Source of the DNA: a virus
Lineage: Duplodnaviria; Caudoviricetes
Reading direction: 5' to 3' (one strand)
IMG/VR virus record: IMGVR_UViG_3300020042_005231
Coordinates: 1 to 24,769 of that record
Length of the DNA stretch: 24,769 nucleotides
Part shown: piece by piece, positions 17,081-24,369 of the stretch
How the letters are laid out: each line of letters begins with the position of its first letter
How positions within the stretch are numbered: the first letter of the stretch is position 1
Notes under the pieces: model-generated
Databases searched by the model: none
The model's input: only the letters and a program-made list of their open reading frames with translations
What the model was told of the DNA's origin: nothing
Program-made: the position numbers and the translations under genes

Positions 17081-18243
17081 GAGTATTTAGAAAATGAAAG
17101 TTTGGTAGTGGTATTAATTATCTTTTCTGAAACAGCGTAGCGCATCGCATCAATAGCATGGTTGAAAGAATCAATAGGCTCGTTAAGGCTTCCCCCTGCC
17201 TTGTCCGTTTTCCAAATGTAGGCCCGTAACTCTTTGATAAGTTCAATGCTCGAAGAGGTCACGTAAAAGCGTTTATCCTGTAAATGGTTTATCCCATGCC
17301 TTACTGAATCCGTTCCCTTCTTTACGCTGGTAACATTAAGCCCGTATGTTCTAAGTTCGGCAACGCTTTTAGGCTCGGCACTATCCGCATAAATCAAACA
17401 CTTAACCGATTTGAGTTCGTTGTATATTTCCCGATTGCTTAAGCCTTTTCGATAAAGTATATTGTCAAAATAATATTCGTTATTGAAGGAGTATAGTAAT
17501 ACACAGGTGGTAGGGTCGTTAGTGTAACCGAAGTCCATCCCTGCTGATATAAGTTTTGCCCCATTTGGTATCTTATCAACTTGTCCCCAATTATCAAATA
17601 CAACGCCCTGTAAACTGCCCACTTCCCCAAGCCCGTACACTTTCCACCAGTTAGCCCAATAGTCGGACGTTTCGGCTTTAGTTCGGGCCATTTCAATTTC
17701 ATTAACAATAGTCTGCTCCAAGGCTTCATTATCCTTGTAAGTCAAAACCAATAGTTCGCTATCTTCTTCTTTCAGGACCTCGGTATGCGCCCAAAAGGAA
17801 CTGGTAGGGTTAAAGTCAATATAAATATCTTTTCGGGTACGGACCGCTAATTGATGGTAACTTTCCCAATCTACATTATTAGCCTCATTGACGTAAAGTA
17901 TGTCCCGCCTTGCACCTCTTAACTTATCTGGTTGGTCCGCACTAAAAAATTCAATGTAACTGCCATTATGGAAATCATAACGCAAGTGCGACCTATTCCA
18001 ACGTGCATCATTAAACCGCCCCGTTGCTTTCATTATCTTAATAAAGTCCTTCATTGCACCCCTGCGCAAATGGGGGATGCTTTCACTAACCACGCTAATC
18101 TCTAACCCTGCAATCTTAGCCGCCTTATCAGCAAGGATAGGAAGTACCCCAAATGTTTTGCCAGCACTCGTACCGCCCTGAATAACCTTTTTACGGGCTT
18201 TCATTCTAAGAATTTTGTTTATTGCGGTGGTCCTTCTAAACAA
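17077..18243 (-). CDS. terL: Terminase large subunit (PBSX/SPP1-like), TTG start
   Basis: Walker A QGGTSAGKT, Walker B ILYVNEA, DFNP, TYKDN, VYGLGE.G, nuclease GMDFG..NDP, ADSAEP, NHAIDAMRY. Confidence 0.97.
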   Translation of the reverse strand: MFRRTTAINKILRMKARKKVIQGGTSAGKTFGVLPILADKAAKIAGLEISVVSESIPHLRRGAMKDFIKIMKATGRFNDARWNRSHLRYDFHNGSYIEFFSADQPDKLRGARRDILYVNEANNVDWESYHQLAVRTRKDIYIDFNPTSSFWAHTEVLKEEDSELLVLTYKDNEALEQTIVNEIEMARTKAETSDYWANWWKVYGLGEVGSLQGVVFDNWGQVDKIPNGAKLISAGMDFGYTNDPTTCVLLYSFNNEYYFDNILYRKGLSNREIYNELKSVKCLIYADSAEPKSVAELRTYGLNVTSVKKGTDSVRHGINHLQDKRFYVTSSSIELIKELRAYIWKTDKAGGSLNEPIDSFNHAIDAMRYAVSEKIINTTTKLSFSKYS

Positions 18244-18263
18244 AGTACAATGTTTTTAGGTGT

Positions 18264-18698
18264 TTACTCGGATGCGTTATTAGTAGAATCCAATTCATCA
18301 GGGAAGAAAGGTTGCTCAACATTGGTGTTTACAACTTGATTGGCTAAGCCGTGATACCTTGCAATAATGTTCTGTTGGTATTCCCCTACTGCTGCGTGGT
18401 TCAAATTATGGTCAAGGCATCGCTTCCTAATGCGCGTAGCGACTTCCAAATATTCTTTGTAAAAGGTTTTAGATGTGCTGTTTATGTAATTTTCAATACC
18501 AGAAATCACTTCCCCATCCTCTAACCAGTTTTCAAACCCTTCTAAAGTCAATGGCCTATTCTTTAAACGGTATGCTTCCTTAGCGTCTTTACCTACAAAA
18601 TCATGAACCTTGATAGGATTATCTAAAGCCCATTTGCGATACTGGAGGAAGTAATCCCAAAGTTGTTCGGGTGAATCTATGTATCTAGGCTTAGCCAT
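18264..18698 (-). CDS. terS: Terminase small subunit (P22 gp3-like DNA packaging protein)
   Basis: SPEQLW..F..Y, NP, RPLTLEGF, G.Y..NIIAR..GL motifs; directly upstream of terL. Confidence 0.88.
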   Translation of the reverse strand: MAKPRYIDSPEQLWDYFLQYRKWALDNPIKVHDFVGKDAKEAYRLKNRPLTLEGFENWLEDGEVISGIENYINSTSKTFYKEYLEVATRIRKRCLDHNLNHAAVGEYQQNIIARYHGLANQVVNTNVEQPFFPDELDSTNNASE

Positions 18699-18981
18699 TC
18701 AATTTATCTTTAGCCCATTTAATCATAGCATTACCACCCCAAGCCAAATGATTGTTGGTTGGTTCGTCTAATTCCTTACGGGATGCAATTCTTTTAACTA
18801 TCTCTTTAACAATAGGTTTCTTATTGGCTATCTGCTTAGCCCGAATCAATGCCACACGGCTAAGGTCTGCTTTCTTAAGCGTTCCCTTGTCAATCATATT
18901 GATTACCTTTAAAGCGGATTTAATAGCCGATTCTGGGTAATCGTTATAAGTGTTTTGCGGGGTGTGTATTACCTTTGCCAT
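18691..18981 (-). CDS. Basic hypothetical protein, 96 aa (YNDYP...RA.QIA...WGG..M..WA type)
   Basis: Clean ORF overlapping the terS start; preceded by a promoter-like box. Confidence 0.75.
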   Translation of the reverse strand: MAKVIHTPQNTYNDYPESAIKSALKVINMIDKGTLKKADLSRVALIRAKQIANKKPIVKEIVKRIASRKELDEPTNNHLAWGGNAMIKWAKDKLNG

Positions 18982-18985
18982 TGTG

Positions 18986-19017
18986 CTAATATACTAATAA
19001 TGTGCGATATAATCAAA
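18986..19017 (-). promoter_or_regulatory. Putative promoter TTTG-N20-TATATTAG for the packaging operon, 4 nt before the ATG
   Basis: Canonical Bacteroidota -33/-7 spacing; one mismatch in the -7 box. Confidence 0.55.
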
Positions 19018-19655
19018 TGATTGGTTTAAATTACTTATTCCCCTAAGTCCATCCTCATTCGGTCTAGCGTACAAGTGAATCGGGGTTTTTAACTTTAATA
19101 CCTCAAACAGAAAAAAGGTGCTTGTACTTACATGGTGGTTTTCCGTTGCCCGTTCCATTACCGCCATCCAATCGATTAAAGTGAATCCAGTTCCCTCATA
19201 TAAACAACGGGTAAATCGGTATCGGGTTTTATGCTTAAATTCCCAGCCCTGCTAAAGTTATTAACAAGTACAAACTTTTCAGGAAGGTTCAAGTATGCAA
19301 GTAGTTTTTGTTCCCTTACCGTGTTACGTTTTATTTGAAGCGTTTTCCAAAGCATCGGATTAAGGCCTACCAATCGGTACTTATCAAGCATCATGTTTTC
19401 ATAATCATCATGATAGTTCCAATCGTACTTTCTGTAAATTTGATTAGCCCATCTTAGGTTCAAGGTTTCGGGATTGGTTGGACTTTCAAGGTCTGCCTTG
19501 CATTCGCTTTTCTTAATTGCGTTAACCTGTGGCAAGTGTTCGCTTATCCAAAATAGAGAATCTTCAATTGGGAATAGATGCTTACCTGTGGCCCATACTA
19601 AAGGCTCTAAAAAAATAATATCCCCTAATCCCGCTGGCTGGTTAATTATTAGCAT
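18994..19655 (-). CDS. Glycosyltransferase-like protein (GT-B, GT9/fucosyltransferase-like), frameshifted near 19189; ~220 aa if repaired
   Basis: N-terminal QPAGLGDIIF motif; the -1 frame continues GFTLIDWMAVMERATENHHVSTSTFFLFEVL...YARP to TAG at 18994. Confidence 0.65.
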
Positions 19656-20218
19656 TAATCAATTACTTTAATGAAAATCGTTTTATTTGTCCTTTGGTTA
19701 TTTACCATCATTGTAAAATGCCTTCTTGTTATTAAAGGGTAAAACTTGTGAGCCTCTACAATTGGAAGTATTACCCCTGTTTTGGTATTCATTAATTTAA
19801 TAGCGTGTTTATATTTAAAACCATAAGTATGGCATTCCTTCCCAGACTTTGCAACATTTAAGCCCAATCTTCTAGCATGGTTATTATTTTCTTTTACACT
19901 TGCCCACTCTAAATTGGAAACGCAATTATTTAATTTATTGCCATCAATATGGTTAACCGTTTCTTTGTTTAATTCATTTTCAATAAACGCAATAGCAACC
20001 AACCTATGTACAGATATATTTTTTCTAATACCATCAAACATTAAAAGAACTCTAGGATAACCAGTTTTTGAAATAGCTGGCTTTAATAATTTCCCTATTC
20101 TAAAAGCGGGAAAACCTTCAATCCTTCCTTTAACAAACCTATCAACGCTTCTAACATTGCCCAAATTACTAACTTGATAAAATGGGCTTATATGCGTTTC
20201 CTTCCAAATCTCTTCCAT
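19655..20218 (-). mobile_element. Free-standing NUMOD4-HNH homing endonuclease
   Basis: EEIWK..YQVSNLGNVRS (NUMOD4); VHRLVA..F, VNHIDGNKLNN..SNLEW...EN..HA (HNH). Confidence 0.92.
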
Positions 20219-20715
20219 TATTTATAAATGACTACATAAAAGCTACCATTCAAATCATAGCCATCGGTCACTATAAATTTACTTATATTTTCACAATGTT
20301 CCAAGTAATCACGCATAATACTTGGGCTAAGGTAATGAATGTGCTTCTTATTGCCCCATGCCCAATACTTCTGATAATCACAATTAGGAAGGTATAAAAA
20401 GATAATACCGCCTTCTTTAACTTTGGTAAGCCAGTAATCAATTACATCCTGAAACCTTCCAATATAATGTTCTAACATGTGCGAAGACCCAATAAAATCT
20501 ACCGTATCTTCTGGCAAATTCATTGCATTATACTTATCATCAATTAATGGGTCAATTGGTATAGCGTTTGGTATGCACCATTCCAATCTATTACATCCTA
20601 TATCATAGCCTTTACCTTTGCAAAATTCAGTTGCAAACGGAATTGCAAACCTAGAAGCGTAACCATTTGATTGAAGTTCTGGGTATTCTTTTTCTTTGTA
20701 CTTAATAAAGTTCAT
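20218..20715 (-). CDS. SAM-dependent methyltransferase (type 11-like)
   Basis: GYDIGC motif I, DFIGSSHMLEH, W...VKEGG..FLYLP. Confidence 0.85.
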   Translation of the reverse strand: MNFIKYKEKEYPELQSNGYASRFAIPFATEFCKGKGYDIGCNRLEWCIPNAIPIDPLIDDKYNAMNLPEDTVDFIGSSHMLEHYIGRFQDVIDYWLTKVKEGGIIFLYLPNCDYQKYWAWGNKKHIHYLSPSIMRDYLEHCENISKFIVTDGYDLNGSFYVVIYK

Positions 20716-21376
20716 GCGCTTTCTCTTTCATGTGATTCCATTCAATTCTCTTTTGGGCCTCCGTAACTAGGTAATGATGCCCCATACCATGCCTGCGATT
20801 AAACTTGCTCATTCTGTTTTGGTATAACAAGTGCCTATCGTATAGCCTTTGAAAACCGCCAATACATCGGTAATGAAAAAGACTTAGTTGGTCATGCTCC
20901 GTTATGTTTCCCTGTGGTTTGCAAACGTGCGCCCCGTGTACGTAATTTATTTCCTGAATCCGTTTAGGGTCGAAGATAATGCGCTTTGAATAGTTTTCGT
21001 CAGGGTAACCCGTATTAATGTTTGGAAGGTCAAGGCTATCACTTACCATGTTATAACCTTGAACCTTTGGAAGGCTTGAAGTAAGTTTTGAAACATCCCC
21101 AATTAAAAATTCATCCGCATCGCATACTATCACATAGTCCTTGTCCTTGTCCTCTTTCCAACAGTTATTTTTAACATCCATGTAATGTTGGTCATTAAGT
21201 TGGCCCATTACCCCAAAGGTACGCACTTCCATCCCTAAAGATTTGGCAAGTGTTATGCTATTATCCCCCGAATGATTATCCCACATTACTATCTTTTCGC
21301 AGTAGTGGTAATTTTGCTTTAGGTAAGGAATGTAAAAAGAATCATTCCAATTTATCCAATGTAGGGCTATTCTCAT
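20702..21376 (-). CDS. GT-A fold glycosyltransferase (family 2-like)
   Basis: DNHSGDNS, KNNCWK, YVIVCDADEFL (DxD), GYNM, G.H.C.P, HYR motifs. Confidence 0.85.
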   Translation of the reverse strand: MRIALHWINWNDSFYIPYLKQNYHYCEKIVMWDNHSGDNSITLAKSLGMEVRTFGVMGQLNDQHYMDVKNNCWKEDKDKDYVIVCDADEFLIGDVSKLTSSLPKVQGYNMVSDSLDLPNINTGYPDENYSKRIIFDPKRIQEINYVHGAHVCKPQGNITEHDQLSLFHYRCIGGFQRLYDRHLLYQNRMSKFNRRHGMGHHYLVTEAQKRIEWNHMKEKAHELY

Positions 21377-21930
21377 AAGTGCGTACTTTGTCCTTCTCCT
21401 ATGTGCGTAGCCGTACTATTTTTTAGTAACGCAGTACGATACCCAGCGTCATAAATCCGTTTACTAATTTCTTGCTCCGAATAATCCTTAAGCGGGAAAA
21501 ACTGCTGCAACAAATCCAAACGAGTAACCCCGCAATTCCAGCCGAAACCGTGCCACTCGGTATTCTTCCAAGGGTCAATCCATTTATCAAGAAAGTAATA
21601 ATTACTTTTTTCATATGCTGCTGGATGTACTGCGTCCTTGCGGTTAATAACCTTTATTACATTCGGGTTATCCCGCAATATCTTTAGGCTCTCATTTACC
21701 CACTTCTTATTCGTGTCATCAAAAAGCCAATCATCCTCTACATGCAAAACATACTTTTCCTTACGGCCTTCGTATGCTTGCATTAGATTCCAGTTCTGGC
21801 CTATCCTTTGCAAATCATCGTAAACCTCTACCTTTAAATTAAAATCGGTATTGGCAATTAGGCTGGTTTCAGTTTGCGCTAACAATTCAGTACGATTGCA
21901 GGCGATAATACAGGTTAAAAGTGAACGCAT
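21373..21930 (-). CDS. GT-A fold glycosyltransferase (family 2-like)
   Basis: ACNR..LL..T..S, YVLHVEDDW, F.WN.G..R, SE..IS, HIG motifs. Confidence 0.8.
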   Translation of the reverse strand: MRSLLTCIIACNRTELLAQTETSLIANTDFNLKVEVYDDLQRIGQNWNLMQAYEGRKEKYVLHVEDDWLFDDTNKKWVNESLKILRDNPNVIKVINRKDAVHPAAYEKSNYYFLDKWIDPWKNTEWHGFGWNCGVTRLDLLQQFFPLKDYSEQEISKRIYDAGYRTALLKNSTATHIGEGQSTHL

Positions 21931-22586
21931 TTAAGTCGCTTTAAGTGAATGTAATATGAGAAAAATCTCTCACAAATAAAAGGATGATAAGGATAATGTT
22001 CAATACCAAATGATTGTTTTAAAGCATCGGGTAATTGATGAGGGTAACCGCTATTATTCATAAGTTCGGGCATTGATTCCATTACATTCATAGCGGGTAT
22101 TAACATTGTCTTAACGTAATCCGCATAAATTTCAGGCGTTGCTACAAAGTAATTACAGTAAACAACATCGTTAAAATGCGTGGGCTTCCAATTAAACCCA
22201 ATAGCATTCATTATAGCCTTATAGTACGTACTAAAATTTGGGTGAAACCTATCCGCATACGTTACAGGGTCATGCGGTGCGTGGCGTTGCAAACTCATTA
22301 CATCGGGCCTGTGCTTTACTAAGCATTCATTGACCGCCTGAACGCTGAAAGGCTTATCGCTTGTATTGGCAATCTTTAATCCTTTCCATTTGCGGGCTTG
22401 TCCTATCTTTTCCCGTAGCTTCCAAGATAACACCCCGTAATAATCGCAAGTTTCCATATCGGGTAACTGGTTAGCGATTACACTATTCTCAAAAAATACC
22501 GAACATTCAGCGTTATACAGGGGCGTATAGTCAAGCCCCTGTATCTGGCTGTCATGATAGTATATTTGGTATATCTTATTATTCAT
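21915..22586 (-). CDS. Glycosyltransferase-like protein (DUF4422/GT111-like), paralog of 4069..4725
   Basis: Motifs colinear with 4069..4725; first gene of the GT cluster. Confidence 0.6.
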   Translation of the reverse strand: MNNKIYQIYYHDSQIQGLDYTPLYNAECSVFFENSVIANQLPDMETCDYYGVLSWKLREKIGQARKWKGLKIANTSDKPFSVQAVNECLVKHRPDVMSLQRHAPHDPVTYADRFHPNFSTYYKAIMNAIGFNWKPTHFNDVVYCNYFVATPEIYADYVKTMLIPAMNVMESMPELMNNSGYPHQLPDALKQSFGIEHYPYHPFICERFFSYYIHLKRLKCVHF

Positions 22587-22734
22587 TGCCCGCCCGCTTT
22601 TCTTGCCTTCTTAACTTGTTTTTCAGCATTTGTTCAGGCGTTAATACCTTAGCCTTGTTTTTGTCCTTAACCTGCCTAGTTGCCTCTCTAATGCGCTCTA
22701 GGTTGGCAGGGTTGTTTGGGTCTTTAGGTTTCAT
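22579..22734 (-). CDS. Small basic protein, 51 aa (MKPKDPNNPANLERIREATRQVKDKNKAKVLTPEQMLKNKLRRQEKRAGNE), absent from the ORF track
   Basis: ATGA overlap with the upstream stop; its own stop overlaps the next start region; fills the gap exactly. Confidence 0.7.
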   Translation of the reverse strand: MKPKDPNNPANLERIREATRQVKDKNKAKVLTPEQMLKNKLRRQEKRAGNE

Positions 22735-22976
22735 AAGTTAGGTGGCAATTGAACGTAACAATCTACTCCGCATTTTTGACCAATAAATCCCGTTTCCTTA
22801 TTGTACCCTTCAATTTCCTCATCAGTCCATTTTGCAAAACAAAAAGAAGTATATTCCCTCATTGCTTTCCAAATTGAAATAAAATGAACTTGAGAATACC
22901 TTTCTCTTTTAGGCTTCATTTCTTCTAATTTTTGAAGCCTCTCAAAAGCATCAATTAATTCATTTTTTATATCCAT
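22731..22976 (-). CDS. Hypothetical protein, 81 aa
   Basis: Co-oriented ORF with tight spacing; AT-rich. Confidence 0.7.
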   Translation of the reverse strand: MDIKNELIDAFERLQKLEEMKPKRERYSQVHFISIWKAMREYTSFCFAKWTDEEIEGYNKETGFIGQKCGVDCYVQLPPNL

Positions 22977-22981
22977 ATTTA

Positions 22982-23218
22982 TTATCCCTGTAAAAACTTC
23001 TTAAACTCTTTTAAACGCTCCAAATAAGGTAGAAACGTATCTCTTTCAATTTGGGTAGGCGTTAAGCTGACAAGATACTGAAAATGCCCGTTAACAAAAT
23101 ATTGAGGGTTTAATATCATTTCCTGCGGGCTTATCTTTATTGGCTTGTCAGGCACTTGAACCTTCATAAAGAAGTTCGCCAAATCCTGAACCTCTGATGC
23201 GTATAAAGTTGGTTCCAT
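22982..23218 (-). CDS. Hypothetical protein, 78 aa (resembles Bacteroidota DUF6965-type proteins)
   Basis: L..FF....P..PI.I....I.....FV..H...L....F.PYLERL pattern recalled from that family; TAATG coupling. Confidence 0.65.
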   Translation of the reverse strand: MEPTLYASEVQDLANFFMKVQVPDKPIKISPQEMILNPQYFVNGHFQYLVSLTPTQIERDTFLPYLERLKEFKKFLQG

Positions 23219-23571
23219 TATTCAACTACTAATCTAAAGTAACAATCTGGAAACTCTCTAAAGATAATCACTTTATTATTACAATCCACAATGCGAATAA
23301 ATCGAGGCTTTTCAGGAAAGTAAATACGGCTCGGCTCTAGTGAAATAAACAAAGATTCATTTATTTCCGTTGGGCTTAGGTTTTCGCCAATGTTTGAATT
23401 TAAAGCCACAATCTTACATACAGACGTATCGAATACAACATCGACAACGTAATTATAACCTGTGCTATCGCAAGGCGTTAGTATCTTTGCCTGTGGGGTT
23501 GGTGTTTCTTCTTTGTCCTCTTTGCATGAAAGAAGGGCGAATGCTAGAAAGATTATTAGTAAGTGTTTCAT
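23218..23571 (-). CDS. Lipoprotein, 117 aa, probably surface-exposed
   Basis: Signal peptide MKHLLIIFLAFALLS-C, followed by KEDKEE (Bacteroidota lipoprotein export signal-like). Confidence 0.85.
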   Translation of the reverse strand: MKHLLIIFLAFALLSCKEDKEETPTPQAKILTPCDSTGYNYVVDVVFDTSVCKIVALNSNIGENLSPTEINESLFISLEPSRIYFPEKPRFIRIVDCNNKVIIFREFPDCYFRLVVE

Positions 23572-23572
23572 G

Positions 23573-23638
23573 TTATTTAATTGTTAATGTTGTTTTTCTG
23601 TTCGTGTGCAAGTTATCGCACTTATCGCATATTCTCAT
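23573..23638 (-). CDS. Possible 21-aa CxxC peptide or gene remnant (MRICDKCDNLHTNRKTTLTIK)
   Basis: ATG after an A-rich leader; stop 1 nt before the lipoprotein ATG. Confidence 0.35.
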   Translation of the reverse strand: MRICDKCDNLHTNRKTTLTIK

Positions 23639-23649
23639 TTGCTTTAATT

Positions 23650-23883
23650 TTAGGATAAATTACTCAATGTTTTTTTATAATCTTCAACCTTAAGATTAGC
23701 ATACCTTTCCATAGCAGCCTCAAAAGCGTTGTACGACATTGAAAAATTAAATCCTTTATGTGGCATAATTGCCTCTTCTAAGATATTTCCTTCATTATCT
23801 TTGACAGAATATTTTTGTTTGTATGCTTCTATTTCTGCAAAAAATCTATTTTGCTCTTCGTGTAAAATTTCTGTTGGTTTCAT
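23650..23883 (-). CDS. Hypothetical protein, 77 aa
   Basis: First ORF after the non-coding region; C-terminal AMERYA motif common in small phage proteins. Confidence 0.7.
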   Translation of the reverse strand: MKPTEILHEEQNRFFAEIEAYKQKYSVKDNEGNILEEAIMPHKGFNFSMSYNAFEAAMERYANLKVEDYKKTLSNLS

Positions 23884-23949
23884 TTCATCTAAAATTTAGT
23901 TCTGTTTACTATTCTAGTTACTATTATTACTTGTACTATCTATTTTACT

Positions 23950-24280
23950 GCCTGTGGTGAACTTCCTTTTGATTCTTAAGCATGACAAGTCCTAGTAAGG
24001 TGTTAATCTTATCATGCGAAGATTTTGGATTTTAGATTAACTGCCTTGCGGAGCCACTCCCCCCATTATCTTAACCAACTAGCCTAGAATGCCGTTAATC
24101 TTGAAGTCATCTATTCGGGGATTCTAGCCCCTAGTATGCTTGCGGTAACCCTTCTGTTTTGCTCCCCGCTTGGCTTTGCATACGCCCACAGTAACCAATA
24201 AGACTAAGCCCCTGCCGTTACATAATTCCCGACAAACTTAGAATAACCTATTTTTTGTTACGCTCGGCCAAAAATAGCAA
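23950..24280 (-). ncRNA. Putative structured non-coding RNA (or RNA-dependent origin element)
   Basis: No ORF of 60 aa or more; GC-richer than its flanks; at least 6 complementary segment pairs, including a loop pseudoknot; downstream of a promoter box. Confidence 0.45.
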
Positions 24281-24318
24281 AAGGCCGACAATTTGAGCAC
24301 TTATGTTTTGTCGGCCTT
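24277..24318 (-). terminator. Terminator/attenuator-like hairpin with a pseudoknot-capable loop
   Basis: Perfect 11-bp stem AAGGCCGACAA (24281-24291 / 24308-24318), 16-nt loop, followed by TTGCTATTTTT on the minus strand. Confidence 0.6.
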
Positions 24319-24361
24319 AGCCAAATGCGTGGTATGGTGCTCAGTCAAGCCACTCATTACC

Positions 24362-24369
24362 CAAATATA
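24362..24369 (-). promoter_or_regulatory. Perfect Bacteroidota -7 box TATATTTG
   Basis: Exact TAnnTTTG match directly upstream of the structured leader; no clear -33 TTTG. Confidence 0.55.

Noticed and set aside
19655-20218. Group I intron around the HNH gene
   Set aside because: The HNH ORF abuts separate genes with TAATG overlaps on both sides, leaving no room for an intron core
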